DNA of 64,000 bases from a virus: IMG/VR virus record IMGVR_UViG_3300042935_001795, positions 25,643-89,642 of that record, one strand, 5' to 3'. The position numbers and the translations under genes were made by a program. The notes under the pieces are model-generated. The model did not search any database and was not told where the DNA came from. It saw only the letters and a list, made by a program, of their open reading frames with translations. Positions 35,748 through 47,384 of the stretch are shown here, piece after piece; position 1 is the first letter of the stretch, and each line of letters starts with the position of its first letter.

Positions 35748-38700
35748 TTAATAAAACCTATTAATATCCGGGAAAGAAAGATTCATAAAACTAGAAGTTA
35801 ACCATCTACGTCTTCCTCTTCCTGGTTGATAATTGTTTTGATATGTTGTCAACATCGTGCTTGTTACATTATTAATGTTTCTACCTTCAGCTGCATATTT
35901 AGCAGTTACTTCAACATCAAATTTAAAATCTTCTCCTCCAAAAATATCGATATCGATTCCTATTTTTTTCGCGTAACTTAGGTTTGTAAAAGTATTATCT
36001 AAAATTCCACCAATTCTACCGGTTCCGGTCGCTGCAGGTCCATAATAATCAGTCATACGATATTGGTATACTAAGTCAACCGATATTGCGTTTCCGCTTC
36101 CTCCTTTAATTATCTTTTTACCACTTTTATTAGAAGCATCTACCGCCAATGAAGTAGTGTTTAATGGAGAAAGGTAAAGAAAAGATCCGCACGATCTTCC
36201 ACCTAATAAGTATTGATCTTCTGGAGAGAATCCAGCCTTACAAGTTTGTCTTATACCCGGCACAGCCCCATTAGTACTGCTATACGTGCTTACGGTACCA
36301 ATTATTCTAAGAGGTGTTTGTTTTTTACCGAATATATCTGTTGCTCTTAAGGGTGCAGTTTTCGGCATTCCAACAATTCCATTACTTGCAATTTGTTTTA
36401 AAGTAGTACCCACTCCAGCGTTATCATTATATGTTTGTAAAAGAGGATGGTCGACGTGCATATAAATACCATTTGAGTATTTAGAATAGGTTATGTCAGA
36501 TCCAATTGCAACTTTTTGAGGAGTTGTTCCGCTAAAACCTCCAGACCATACAAAATCGTTTGGACTAGCAGATACTGGAAGAAATGGAGTTGCAGTTACA
36601 TTTGAAAAGTTTTTAAATCCAGTGGTATCTACCGGAACCGGAGTAAATGTATATGAAATTCCATATTCATAAGTGTCATACGCACTATTTGTGCCCAAAT
36701 CACTCGCTGTATTAATGTTTCCATCTACACCTTCGGTAATTACATATAAATTATCGTCGTTTGCAATATTTCTAAATCTAGAGTAAACAAATTGTCCCTT
36801 TAACTGAGACGACTGATCAGGGCCACTATTAATATATTCATTTTCATCAGCAGTAGAAATATTTTGATAAACTACAGGAACTAAATCATATTTGCCTTCT
36901 ACTGTATAATATGTATTACTACCATAAACTGAATCAATTGAATTAATTAATGTTCCAAGTCCAAATATAGTATTACTTGTAGAAACCGGAGCTGGAAGCT
37001 TTGTGTCTCCCACAATTCTAGATATTAACTCAAGGTCAGAAGCTTTAGTATTTGATAATTCAATTTTAAAGTTTTTAGTAACGATTGCTCCTTTTCCATT
37101 AGTTTTTGGAATTTCTTGACTATAGTAACCTGCAAACAACTGCACTGTTGAGTTATTTGTTACTGGTGTAACGTTTCCGTTTTCATCAATAATTCTTACA
37201 AGTAATTCTCCAGTTGTTTTCTCAATAACCGCTCTTAAGCTAAGAACCTCATTTTGAAGAGCTAATAGCTTTTCATAAACAGTGATTGGTGCTTGATTAT
37301 CGGTTATAAATCCGGAAGATATTGTATTTGCACTATGCGCAAATGTTTGACTACCAACCGTAAAAGATTCTGCAACGTGTTGGAATACACCTGCAGATTC
37401 TAAGTCCTGTTGTATTTGTACTTTTAATAGGTCAAGTTCATTAGCTTTAATAACATTTCCTAAATTATCGGTGTTAATTTCACCTTGTGGAAATTCGATT
37501 TTTTGAATTAACGACCATTCAGATTCTAAAGGATTCGCCGGGAATCCAGCTTCAGAAATCGATTTAATCATAAATTCAACAACTTCACCCGGGTTAATTG
37601 CAATATCAAAAGAGTTAAAGTTTACTGCATTAGCATCTTCTTCACTTTCAAGAATCCATCCATATTTTCCATTAGCATCCATTGCTCTCTTTCGAACAGG
37701 TCCATGGACCTCTACCCAATTTGAAAAAGCAGCTGTTTTTTCAGTTTGGTTTGTCGCATCTACAAATTTAAGTTGATCGATATTTGAAGTTTTTCCAGAA
37801 GTAGAAACGTAGCGATATCTAATTTTAAATTGAACAACTTCCTGTGATACTTGGTTTCCAATCCTTTTAGGTTCCGGAACCGCCCAAAATCCTCTAACTT
37901 TATATTTTGGAGCTACTGTTTGTAGGTCTGAAGATTCTGCTGAAGATTTAATTTCACTAACAACTGAAGAGAAAAGTTTTGATTCAGATTCTCTTTGAGT
38001 AACTAGCGAGTTTAATTCATTTTTATGAGTATCGCTTTCTGCCTGAGACGCAAATTTCTTAGTATTAATTAAAGATTTTTTCTGTTTGATAGATTCATCA
38101 AGTTGTTTTAATGATTGCTCTGTTGATGATTTATCAGACTTTAATTGTTTAATTTTATCAGTTGTTGTATTGTCAGTTAAGTGCTTATTAATTTGAACAA
38201 CTTTAAAGTTTTCAACATTAATAACTGGGGGTGTTGGCATAATTCCAGAAGCTGCAGGCGGAATATAATCTACCTTTAGCGATTTAAGGAATTGTCCAAA
38301 ATCTGCAACTTCGTTTTTATAATATTCTGCTAGGGTCATTTTAGTACCTGTAGAGTCGGTTGTTTCTAAATTATTAGAATAGAATCCAACTCCTGGAGAA
38401 AAATCTTCAGCAGGTATTTTTGAAATAGGGTCGATTGGTTTAACAAAAATAACCTGTCTTTCATCAAATGCAACATTGATTTCGATATTCAAATCAGTAT
38501 CAATATCTTTATAAATTCCAAGTTGATTGACTCCAATTTTAATAGATTCGGAACCTTCAAGTAATAATAACTCAATTTGCGAAGTCGAAGCATCAATAGA
38601 AAGAATTTGGTATCTTGTTCTATAATTACCAGAGTTAACAATAAGAGAATCTCCAGTTTTTAAAGTTTCAGTATCTTTAAGCGACTTAGTTGAATCAGTA

Positions 38701-39440
38701 AAGGTTAATTTGTTAAGTGTGAATAACTTAACAGTTTTAGTTTGAGCAATTCCATCGATAACAACGTTCTTTTGGGCGTTGTCGATTTTAACTACATCAA
38801 AAAATCCAGTATACTGAATTGTTCTAATAGGCATATCAATAACTTGAGAATCTAAATAGTATGCAAAGTTACTATTAACTAATTGCGTATTAAAATCAGA
38901 ATAAACAATTTCACTACCACCTTTATAAAGTTCATCAAAGGCAGTAACTGAAGCCGGATCATTTTCGTTAAATATGTATCTTTCAACATATACCTTTTCA
39001 GTTTCCACTGGTATTTGCTTACTTACATCTAAATTAATCGTAAGCAATGGATTTAAAAAGTTTTCGAAAAAATCATTTAATTTAGTTGAAAACTGAGTAG
39101 GAGACGCAAGGGTTGTAATAGAAGGAGATGGTCCTTTTAATCTAGAAGTATGGATAGTTCTAAAAGAACCGTCTTTTAGTCTTACATTTGCGTTTGAACC
39201 TTCAAGCCCGCTAATTGAACTCAAATTAGTATTCAAACGATCAATTTCTCTTTTCAAGTACCCAAACGCAGGTATTTGAATAGTTTCCATTGTGTTTGTT
39301 TTACTATTGAAAAGGTCAATACTAACAGTTTCCTTATCAGTAGTTATAGCTTCATTAATTCTTTTAAATGTTTCCAATGAGTTAGTGTTTAACTCTAGAA
39401 ACTGTTCAAGTAAATGTGATATTGAATTGCTAGCGCTCAT
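35748..39440 (-). CDS. Large putative structural protein with coiled coils (1230 aa)
   Basis: Long ORF in the tail module with a central coiled coil and an FN3-like segment. Confidence 0.6.
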   Translation of the reverse strand: MSASNSISHLLEQFLELNTNSLETFKRINEAITTDKETVSIDLFNSKTNTMETIQIPAFGYLKREIDRLNTNLSSISGLEGSNANVRLKDGSFRTIHTSRLKGPSPSITTLASPTQFSTKLNDFFENFLNPLLTINLDVSKQIPVETEKVYVERYIFNENDPASVTAFDELYKGGSEIVYSDFNTQLVNSNFAYYLDSQVIDMPIRTIQYTGFFDVVKIDNAQKNVVIDGIAQTKTVKLFTLNKLTFTDSTKSLKDTETLKTGDSLIVNSGNYRTRYQILSIDASTSQIELLLLEGSESIKIGVNQLGIYKDIDTDLNIEINVAFDERQVIFVKPIDPISKIPAEDFSPGVGFYSNNLETTDSTGTKMTLAEYYKNEVADFGQFLKSLKVDYIPPAASGIMPTPPVINVENFKVVQINKHLTDNTTTDKIKQLKSDKSSTEQSLKQLDESIKQKKSLINTKKFASQAESDTHKNELNSLVTQRESESKLFSSVVSEIKSSAESSDLQTVAPKYKVRGFWAVPEPKRIGNQVSQEVVQFKIRYRYVSTSGKTSNIDQLKFVDATNQTEKTAAFSNWVEVHGPVRKRAMDANGKYGWILESEEDANAVNFNSFDIAINPGEVVEFMIKSISEAGFPANPLESEWSLIQKIEFPQGEINTDNLGNVIKANELDLLKVQIQQDLESAGVFQHVAESFTVGSQTFAHSANTISSGFITDNQAPITVYEKLLALQNEVLSLRAVIEKTTGELLVRIIDENGNVTPVTNNSTVQLFAGYYSQEIPKTNGKGAIVTKNFKIELSNTKASDLELISRIVGDTKLPAPVSTSNTIFGLGTLINSIDSVYGSNTYYTVEGKYDLVPVVYQNISTADENEYINSGPDQSSQLKGQFVYSRFRNIANDDNLYVITEGVDGNINTASDLGTNSAYDTYEYGISYTFTPVPVDTTGFKNFSNVTATPFLPVSASPNDFVWSGGFSGTTPQKVAIGSDITYSKYSNGIYMHVDHPLLQTYNDNAGVGTTLKQIASNGIVGMPKTAPLRATDIFGKKQTPLRIIGTVSTYSSTNGAVPGIRQTCKAGFSPEDQYLLGGRSCGSFLYLSPLNTTSLAVDASNKSGKKIIKGGSGNAISVDLVYQYRMTDYYGPAATGTGRIGGILDNTFTNLSYAKKIGIDIDIFGGEDFKFDVEVTAKYAAEGRNINNVTSTMLTTYQNNYQPGRGRRRWLTSSFMNLSFPDINRFY

Positions 39441-39441
39441 A

Positions 39442-41388
39442 TTATCTTATTATTTCAAGTTCGAATGTCTTGTTTATTTCGTCTATACATATTAATTCAA
39501 AGTAAGGTTTTTGACTTAGAATATTAGTAGCATCTATAGAAGCCTTTAATACATAGCTATTATATTTGTCAGTGTATATGTTTATTTTGTAACTTTCTAG
39601 GTTTGGCAATTGATCTTTAAAAGAAAACTTAACAGTTTGTCCGTTTTTCCAAGTATTGATAGTATCATCTAAGTATATATTCAAGTCTCCGGTCAATGTG
39701 CCACCGGTGGCACCATTATGATTAATTCTAATTAAATTATCAAATGGTCGTATTCTTGCAATTAAACTAGCAGACGCAGTAAGATTTAAGTTAAATTTAT
39801 TGCTTGTAGAAATTATGGAACCAAGTGTTTTTGAAACTGCATCATAGTTAAAAACAGAATTTAATGTATATCCATTATTGTCATTGGTTATCTTAATCGA
39901 GGTGTTATTCAACTTGTCAATTTTTATTCCATCTCCAGCAGCAAGAACATTGGTGTTATATTGTATTTCAGTTGGAATAACCCCGCTAATCACTTGGTTC
40001 AATCTAGCATTTACCGAAGTAATCATATCTAAAATTGAAGTAGATGACGCATAGTTTAAAGATGCATTTTCAATAGAAGCTTCAAGTGATGCGATTCTTT
40101 CTGAAAAATCTGATGAGGTACTAGACCCTACTAAATTTTCTAGTTCAGCTACTCTTTGCGCAATTGCAGCATATGAATTTCCAGCTTCAACCAACAATTT
40201 AGCAGCATTTTCTAGAGCAGTTGTTGTGTCCAAGAAAATATCCATGGAAAACGTAGAGTAGTCATTTATATTTAATTCAACCCCTACGTTATCTAATGAA
40301 GAGTTAAATTTTACATTTAACTTAAGAGCAAATGCATTTCCATTTAATCCAGTAACATCATTAGGTTTGTATTTAGAAAGTTCAGGTATGTACCATCCTG
40401 CAGAGTTTGGGTCATTTTTAAAATTATCTAATATCAATATTCCATAAAGATTTGTGGATTTATTAGCAATATTTGATTTTGAATATAAATCATAATAAAC
40501 CAGTATTGCATTAAATCTGAAATCTCCTCCTCTTTTAGAAAAGTCTAGAAAATTATTTAATTTAGTGTCATTTGCAATTTTGGTGTATATTGTTGAATTC
40601 CATTCAATACCAATGCCATTATGTATATCTAACGGATTCAAACTTATTCCACCGCTTGAAGTATCAGCAAGAGCATCTAAATTTAAGAAAGCGTCAGGAT
40701 GTGTTTGTCCATTTCTTCCATTAATAAAACCACTATTTAAGTTGGCATCATATGCAACCGCGTTTGTATTATAAGATGATTCTTTGAATAATATTTCGGG
40801 AGTGTACCCTACCGAAGACGGAACATTTACAAATATTTCATTGTAAATATTTCCTTGATAATTTTTATCATTTGAAACATCGATACTTCCAATATACTTT
40901 ACAACTCTAGAATAGTTATTACCAGTATTTGTTGTATCTTCGTTTTCTATAGCTCTAGAATATCCACTTACAGCTTGCTGTGAATTTGCAGTTTTAACCT
41001 CAAATGCACCTAAATGATGTAACCACTTAAATAATATTTTTTCAGCATCTGTAGAATATAGTGTATTGTCAAAATCATCATCCGTTAGGATAAAATTCTC
41101 AAAGTTAAGCGCGTAGTTTTGTAGAGTTTGGGCAAAATCAACATTTGCGTTTGCATTTACTCCAGGGTCGTATGGAACTCCAGAAGCTTGATACAAGTTT
41201 TCAAATTCAATAAAGTTTTCTCCGTTGCTAGGAACCGATACCGCTGGAATATCTATCAATGCAAACTTAGAGTACTCAAAATTTATGTCAGGATTATAGT
41301 AAGCCCTTGTCAAATCTCGAGCAGCACTTGAAAATGCATACATAGTACCTCCCTGTTCTTGGGGTATTCTTATTAATGGTGTTGCCAT
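39442..41388 (-). CDS. Putative baseplate structural protein
   Basis: 648 aa with TNLYGILILD, GNAFALKLN and a coiled-coil segment. Baseplate context. Confidence 0.6.
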   Translation of the reverse strand: MATPLIRIPQEQGGTMYAFSSAARDLTRAYYNPDINFEYSKFALIDIPAVSVPSNGENFIEFENLYQASGVPYDPGVNANANVDFAQTLQNYALNFENFILTDDDFDNTLYSTDAEKILFKWLHHLGAFEVKTANSQQAVSGYSRAIENEDTTNTGNNYSRVVKYIGSIDVSNDKNYQGNIYNEIFVNVPSSVGYTPEILFKESSYNTNAVAYDANLNSGFINGRNGQTHPDAFLNLDALADTSSGGISLNPLDIHNGIGIEWNSTIYTKIANDTKLNNFLDFSKRGGDFRFNAILVYYDLYSKSNIANKSTNLYGILILDNFKNDPNSAGWYIPELSKYKPNDVTGLNGNAFALKLNVKFNSSLDNVGVELNINDYSTFSMDIFLDTTTALENAAKLLVEAGNSYAAIAQRVAELENLVGSSTSSDFSERIASLEASIENASLNYASSTSILDMITSVNARLNQVISGVIPTEIQYNTNVLAAGDGIKIDKLNNTSIKITNDNNGYTLNSVFNYDAVSKTLGSIISTSNKFNLNLTASASLIARIRPFDNLIRINHNGATGGTLTGDLNIYLDDTINTWKNGQTVKFSFKDQLPNLESYKINIYTDKYNSYVLKASIDATNILSQKPYFELICIDEINKTFELEIIR

Positions 41389-41407
41389 TTAAGCTATTTT
41401 GTTTTTA

Positions 41408-41995
41408 TTAGTAAGATATAGCACAATTACTTGAAGATATTATTACAAATCCACCGATTGCCGTAATATATCTTAAAGTTAATGTACCGCCTGCGTTAAT
41501 TATTATATCAGAACCATCAGTTCCAATTATATTATCGGGAGTAATTTCAACTATTCCACCTATCGAAACAAGCGTAAACTCTTGGCCATTATCTGCATCT
41601 GATAAAATAACAGGGTTACTAAAAACTGGATTAGTTGCATCTAAAACATAAGTTGTATAATCATATGCGTTTGCTAAAGGGAGAACTATTGCGCTGCCAG
41701 GGTAAATAGAGTGAATTAATCCTTTACCAAGAACAACTTCTTGATTAAGATTAATTGGAAGATATACGTTAACCGCATTTGAATCAACTTTGAAAAGTTC
41801 AGCACCATTATAAATTCTTAAAGTACCTCCAGAAATTAATCCCGTTAATGTAAGAGTTTGGGCATCTGTATCAAGCAATCCTGAAGGTCCTGCAATATCT
41901 AATAGTTCACTATTAAGAGCTGCAAAATTATTATTAATTACGATTCTAGATGAAGAAACACTGTCGGTTCCTAAAATTGTTGTTATGTTTGCCAT
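41408..41995 (-). CDS. Small fibre-like structural protein
   Basis: N-terminal TDS...RIVINNNFAAL resembles the fibre N-termini in this window. Confidence 0.55.
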   Translation of the reverse strand: MANITTILGTDSVSSSRIVINNNFAALNSELLDIAGPSGLLDTDAQTLTLTGLISGGTLRIYNGAELFKVDSNAVNVYLPINLNQEVVLGKGLIHSIYPGSAIVLPLANAYDYTTYVLDATNPVFSNPVILSDADNGQEFTLVSIGGIVEITPDNIIGTDGSDIIINAGGTLTLRYITAIGGFVIISSSNCAISY

Positions 41996-41996
41996 T

Positions 41997-44909
41997 TTAA
42001 ATGATTTTTAATATATTTTTATTTGTTGTGTTTTTATTTCCATTTACGTCAGTCAATTCTAATTCAACCGTATAGTCACCTTTATGTTTGAATAAGTAAG
42101 TCAGCCATGTATTACTATAATATATATCATTTACATTCTCGTTATTATTTTTAAGAGTCCATTTTTGAGCAATGATTCCAGGCATATTTGTAATATCATA
42201 TGAAAATGTAACATGATTTAATCTTTTAACCCCCATGTGACTATCAATGACACATAAGTCTTGATAATCAGGATTGTAACTTTCAAAATGAGTTTCAGAA
42301 TCTGGTAGTATTTCTCCACCTACTAAAGTACTAATTATAATTCCAGCTGAGCTGCTAAATCCAACACTAAAATAATCATGAGTTCTTGCAGATTCTTCAG
42401 CAACTACTAGAATATAGTTACATACGTCTTCAGTTCCATCTATATCTACATCAATTAATATCGGATTGTAATTAAATTTAGTTAATATTGGATGCTCTAC
42501 GGGATCTAATTGAGAAAGTTCATTTGCAATAGCGTTCCAAGCCGTCAAATTTGTGTTAGTTGTCGGATACGTTGATTGTATTTGATATGAATCAATAACT
42601 AATAAATTTGAATTAGTATCATATTGAGTTATATAAAAATAATATCCATTGGTATGTCCATTAGATTGCAATAAATCCATCTTAAATGATGAGTTTATAT
42701 CAGCGCCAACTCTCATCATGTTCCAATTAACTTCATCGCCATCTTCCCATAAATGGGTTCTTAATTCTCTCCATTGATATGGTCCCGGAGTTTCAGCAAA
42801 TCCAGAAGCAACACTTGAATCAATATATCTTCTTACTGTAGAAAATTCCGGACCATCCTCTTCGTCATGTATATAATTTGACCGGTCTAATGTTAAATAA
42901 TATGTTGCAATAATATCATCAACCTCCTTTGTATTCTCTCTAGCCCAATCCCAGTCACTACCCGCAATATCATAAGAGTACTTGTACTCATTCCAATTCA
43001 ATTGAGGTACCATTCTTTGGAATATTCCATAAACTTCAACATTTTTGTTTTTTACTTCAAAGTAGTCAGGTTTTCTATAAGAACTTCGTATATTATATAG
43101 GTCAAATATAGACAATTCAACCGAATATACTCCAGCGTATGGAAGTACTATCGGAAACTGTTGATATTCTGGATGAAAAACTCCAGCACCATCATAGTAA
43201 CCGACTCCTCCTCTAAAAGATTTTGAATAATCTCTAGGTCCAATTATTGTCCATTCCATTTCATAGATTCCCTGTCTCCACCAATTATTCCATGTTAATA
43301 GGTTATATTGTTCATTTTGTTTTAACAGATCATAGTAATTTATAGATGGATTTGTGGGATCTTCAAAATCATCTCTAAAATTGTTTAATCCATGAGGACC
43401 TGCATATTCTCTACCTGCATCGATATACGTAAATTCTGCAGAATCCCAACTTCCTATAAATGATTCTGCATTTAAAACAATAGGACATCCAACTGGAATT
43501 CCAGAAAGAGTATTAAAACTTGATAGGTCATCATTGTAATATTCGTCATAGAAATTTATTATAGATTCCGAAATCCCTTCTCTATTTGTATTACTAAGTG
43601 TTGAAAAGTCTTGAGTAATTCCGGTCAATCTATAGTCAACTTTTCGCAGATCTTCAATAAATAACTGTCTTTCTGCAGGATATCTGCTAAAATTAACAAT
43701 TTGTCCAGCAGTTTGGTCTTTAATAACATGCTGATTGTTCCAAACGTTTAAATTAAATTGTGCAAAATAATCGCCTTCTCCTGTAATGTCTACAATTTTA
43801 GCCTGGAGCGGTAAGTATTTTGACTGTAATTTATTCTTAAGTCCATATAGTTTTATAAGTACTTCATCTGGACTATAATCAGTCGACTCAACGACAGTTG
43901 GGATATCCCATTCGTCAACATTACCATCTACCTCATTTAATCGGTAGACAAGAGAAAATCTACTAGTCTTTTTTAAATTTGAACTTGGTAATTGGTTTCC
44001 ATTATTTTTGTTTGCAAGGAATCCAACAGTATCTTGATTTGGAAGTGCAATTGCCTGTAGTTTTCCAAAGTTTTCTGCCTGTTCATTAATATTTAACCAA
44101 TACTCCTTGAGTGTTATTTTATTGTAACCATAAAAATCAATAGCATTTAGGAGGGCTTTATAAGTACCAACAAATGGTTGGATTTGAGATGCTTGTAAGA
44201 GAAGTTCCTTTCTTTTTTGATTCATTAAAATCCAGTCTGGAGAAAACTCTAAAATATTAGAATCTTTAAGTATGATATACTCTTCCTCAGATAGGGACAT
44301 TCCCATATTTGATAGTAGAACTGATAATCTTTCGTCCTCAGATTCAGTCTCTCCGTAGATTCTAATACTTGCAATTAAACTTTCTGATCCAAAAGTTCCA
44401 GGTGTTCCCTCTTCGGATGTATATTCTACCGCATAAATATCAAGAATTCGGGTATGATAATTATCTTCATCGCTCATAAGTGCAACATTACACTTAACGG
44501 GAATCATTGGAATATTATTACTAATAATTTTAAATCCATTTGCATTGTTTCCTACTGTTGATGCTGGACCTAATATTGGATAGATTTGAACCTCATCTTT
44601 TTGAATTTCAAGTACTCCATTATTATTTTTAGCGCTGTACATAAATATGTCTTCACTAAATTCATAACCGCTAAAAAATTTGAATTTAATTTCATTTTTA
44701 AAATTACCTTGACCTATTGGAGTAATAAACCTTTCACCTCCTAATTCACCTTCAACCTGTTCTAATATGTATATTGTTAGGGTCTCATATAGTCCAGTAG
44801 ATACTTTCGGTAAATAACAAACTCCCTCCCATATATCCGTGTCAGAATTATATAGAAGGTTTAGGTCATTTGATTCACTATCAAAAAATCTTAAATTTTG
44901 TATTTGCAT
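41997..44909 (-). CDS. Baseplate wedge protein (gp7-like) with PKD-like domains
   Basis: GTYKALLNAIDFYGY, two G.Y.VEL...D..G/N PKD-like motifs, and position next to gp6. Confidence 0.6.
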   Translation of the reverse strand: MQIQNLRFFDSESNDLNLLYNSDTDIWEGVCYLPKVSTGLYETLTIYILEQVEGELGGERFITPIGQGNFKNEIKFKFFSGYEFSEDIFMYSAKNNNGVLEIQKDEVQIYPILGPASTVGNNANGFKIISNNIPMIPVKCNVALMSDEDNYHTRILDIYAVEYTSEEGTPGTFGSESLIASIRIYGETESEDERLSVLLSNMGMSLSEEEYIILKDSNILEFSPDWILMNQKRKELLLQASQIQPFVGTYKALLNAIDFYGYNKITLKEYWLNINEQAENFGKLQAIALPNQDTVGFLANKNNGNQLPSSNLKKTSRFSLVYRLNEVDGNVDEWDIPTVVESTDYSPDEVLIKLYGLKNKLQSKYLPLQAKIVDITGEGDYFAQFNLNVWNNQHVIKDQTAGQIVNFSRYPAERQLFIEDLRKVDYRLTGITQDFSTLSNTNREGISESIINFYDEYYNDDLSSFNTLSGIPVGCPIVLNAESFIGSWDSAEFTYIDAGREYAGPHGLNNFRDDFEDPTNPSINYYDLLKQNEQYNLLTWNNWWRQGIYEMEWTIIGPRDYSKSFRGGVGYYDGAGVFHPEYQQFPIVLPYAGVYSVELSIFDLYNIRSSYRKPDYFEVKNKNVEVYGIFQRMVPQLNWNEYKYSYDIAGSDWDWARENTKEVDDIIATYYLTLDRSNYIHDEEDGPEFSTVRRYIDSSVASGFAETPGPYQWRELRTHLWEDGDEVNWNMMRVGADINSSFKMDLLQSNGHTNGYYFYITQYDTNSNLLVIDSYQIQSTYPTTNTNLTAWNAIANELSQLDPVEHPILTKFNYNPILIDVDIDGTEDVCNYILVVAEESARTHDYFSVGFSSSAGIIISTLVGGEILPDSETHFESYNPDYQDLCVIDSHMGVKRLNHVTFSYDITNMPGIIAQKWTLKNNNENVNDIYYSNTWLTYLFKHKGDYTVELELTDVNGNKNTTNKNILKII

Positions 44910-44911
44910 TC

Positions 44912-45181
44912 TTATTTAACTTTTTTATCGTCTTTTCTAATTGTATATGATTTGTATGCTTTTAAATAAGTTACAGAATCAACCCAATCAGCGACAACAT
45001 GTTGCATCATCGTAATAAAATCAAACATTGTATCATTTCGCTGTATGTATTTTGATAACGAATTAATTAGTATGTTTGTTCGATAATCATTACCCTCGTG
45101 TAGACGTTGGTCCATCACCGAAAGTCGAGTATCGTAACTCTTAACTTTACGAACTTTAAATAAATTACTTAAAATACCCAT
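44912..45181 (-). CDS. Small baseplate-module protein
   Basis: 89 aa ORF coupled to the gp6-like stop (TAATG). Confidence 0.6.
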   Translation of the reverse strand: MGILSNLFKVRKVKSYDTRLSVMDQRLHEGNDYRTNILINSLSKYIQRNDTMFDFITMMQHVVADWVDSVTYLKAYKSYTIRKDDKKVK

Positions 45182-47001
45182 TATAACGCTTTTCTATTTT
45201 GAGCCTGGATTCTACTAAAAATGGTATTTGGTACGGCAGGTTCATCAAAGTAAACAGATAGCGCCGCCATCTCTCCAACTTTAGCATCATCTAAAACCAT
45301 TGCGCCGCCTCGATCAACCCATCCTCCTCTGAACAGGGCAACCTCTTCTTTCTCTAAAATAATGTCTCCAAAAGAATCCAGATTAATTACATTTTCTGGA
45401 AGTGCTGCGTTTGGTTCAAAATTAACTAGGTTTGTCTGTACATTTCTTTTAAAGAAAACGTATTTTTGTTTTCCATTTCCAATATCTTCAAGTGTTGTAG
45501 TTGAAGGAGTTACTGTTACAGTTTCACTTACATAATATCCTAATCTTCTAGCAGTCTCCTCCTTTTCAGAAACAAAACGTACATTAACAGAATCAATTCC
45601 TTCAACACCTTCCAATAGTGCTATAATATCTGATTTTGGTAAACGATCTCTTCGTGTTATATTAATCAAGTATTGAGAGATTTTTGTTCGAATTTCTCCA
45701 AACAGGTTAATTTTGTTATACCCTTCAAAATATCTTACCTTAACATCCATTCTAAAATATTGAACTTTAGGTTCTACAATCTTAACTTCAGTAGTTACCA
45801 TTTGTCTACCTGAATTTTCTAAAGTTCTAAGGATTCCGTTCTTTTCCTCTTCTGAGAAAAAGAATTCCTCTTGGTGTAGGTTAAAATAGTCGTTATTTTT
45901 AGTCAGTTTTCTTTTAGTATCGGGTAGCATGAATAGGTAAATCACATTGTCGTCATCAATATATCCATCATCAGTAGTGTTGTATGCGTCTAGATATGAG
46001 AACATACCATATTTTGATAGAAATGACTCGTAATTGTCCGGAGTTGCTAGTACGAATGAGTGACTTTGTAAAGGTGCAATCAATTTGGTAAGTTCAATAC
46101 TTTCAGGGTCAGAACCCATAGTAGGTGCAACTGTAAATGAAGACTCCAGTAATTTATTTAGGTCACATGAATTTCCAAGAGAATCAAAACCTTCAGTTTG
46201 AAATTTAAAATTAAGGTCTTTAGAACCTGTTAGGTTACCTTTAACCCCATCTGAAACAATATATTCAATTGCAATAGAAGAACCAGTCGCTGGAATCATT
46301 CCAAATGAACCATTACCAAAATAAATATCTAGACCTCCAGTGATTCCGGTCTTAACAAGATATCCCTTGGTTCCAACTTGCATATCATATAATGAATCGT
46401 ATTTGCTCCACAATTCACTATTAACACTAATCCGAACTGAGTCGTTATCTGTTGGTTTTTTAATAATTACGTTAAATGATTGTAGTTTTTCACCAGTACC
46501 TGTTAGAGTCTGCCTTTCAATTTTACCTTGAATAACAGGTATGTACAAATAATCAGGACTACTCTTTTGAATTACAAATTGGTCATTGTTTGTTTTTAAG
46601 ATATATTCTAAACCATTTTTACTTGCCTTAATTACTGAATTTGCAGGAATATTTAAAGTGTCTCCTTCAATATCATTAAATGCACTTGTATTTAATCTTA
46701 TTTTTAATTCACCTAGAGCAGAAGAACCTCTAAATGAATCGTGTCCTGCAAGTCTTGCAAGTCCATATATAGATTCTGGGTCCTGTGCTGTTAATATATT
46801 TTGTTCAACTGTAGCATCTTCAATATAAAAGAATACTAAATTAGTAATTTCAGCTAGCACTTCAAGTATTTGAGAATACGGTGAAGCGGTTGTAAATAAA
46901 TCGCTTGATCGCCCATATACTCTTGAAATATATGTTCGAGTATCGGCAATCATTTCAGTAGCCTTAATTCTGGCCTTTGATAAAAATTTTAATTCAGTCA
47001 T
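45181..47001 (-). CDS. Baseplate wedge protein (T4 gp6-like)
   Basis: EQNILTAQ..SIYGLARLAG, IYFGNG.FG.IP, Y.VSDG..GN, G.DPESIE..K..AP and T.DNYE. Confidence 0.9.
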   Translation of the reverse strand: MTELKFLSKARIKATEMIADTRTYISRVYGRSSDLFTTASPYSQILEVLAEITNLVFFYIEDATVEQNILTAQDPESIYGLARLAGHDSFRGSSALGELKIRLNTSAFNDIEGDTLNIPANSVIKASKNGLEYILKTNNDQFVIQKSSPDYLYIPVIQGKIERQTLTGTGEKLQSFNVIIKKPTDNDSVRISVNSELWSKYDSLYDMQVGTKGYLVKTGITGGLDIYFGNGSFGMIPATGSSIAIEYIVSDGVKGNLTGSKDLNFKFQTEGFDSLGNSCDLNKLLESSFTVAPTMGSDPESIELTKLIAPLQSHSFVLATPDNYESFLSKYGMFSYLDAYNTTDDGYIDDDNVIYLFMLPDTKRKLTKNNDYFNLHQEEFFFSEEEKNGILRTLENSGRQMVTTEVKIVEPKVQYFRMDVKVRYFEGYNKINLFGEIRTKISQYLINITRRDRLPKSDIIALLEGVEGIDSVNVRFVSEKEETARRLGYYVSETVTVTPSTTTLEDIGNGKQKYVFFKRNVQTNLVNFEPNAALPENVINLDSFGDIILEKEEVALFRGGWVDRGGAMVLDDAKVGEMAALSVYFDEPAVPNTIFSRIQAQNRKAL

Positions 47002-47014
47002 CTCATTTATTTTT

Positions 47015-47368
47015 TTATATAGCGATGGTTATTCCAAACCTATAATCAATAGATATATCTATAAAAACCATATTTTTTTCGGTTAATTCCGCAAATTCAA
47101 CAGTAGTATGGACTGGTATTTTTGCAGCTAATGGAATGTATCGCTCAATTGCGCTTTGGACTACTCCTTGTAACATCGTATCATTATACATAAAGGAATA
47201 CACATAATCTTCAAGGTTAAGCCCAAATTCAGGGTCTCCCATCACATCACCCTTTTCGGTAAATATCAATGTTTCAATTTGGGATATTATTAGGGCAATA
47301 TCTTCATCGATTTGTAATTGATCTTCATCGTAATTAGGGTCTTCTAGTGATTTTATGTACAATTCCAT
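47015..47368 (-). CDS. Baseplate protein (gp25-like)
   Basis: IFTEKGDVMGDPEFGLNLEDYVY. Start reassigned to MELYIK (47368), just after a late promoter motif. Confidence 0.85.
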   Translation of the reverse strand: MELYIKSLEDPNYDEDQLQIDEDIALIISQIETLIFTEKGDVMGDPEFGLNLEDYVYSFMYNDTMLQGVVQSAIERYIPLAAKIPVHTTVEFAELTEKNMVFIDISIDYRFGITIAI

Positions 47369-47384
47369 AATAGTATATATTTGT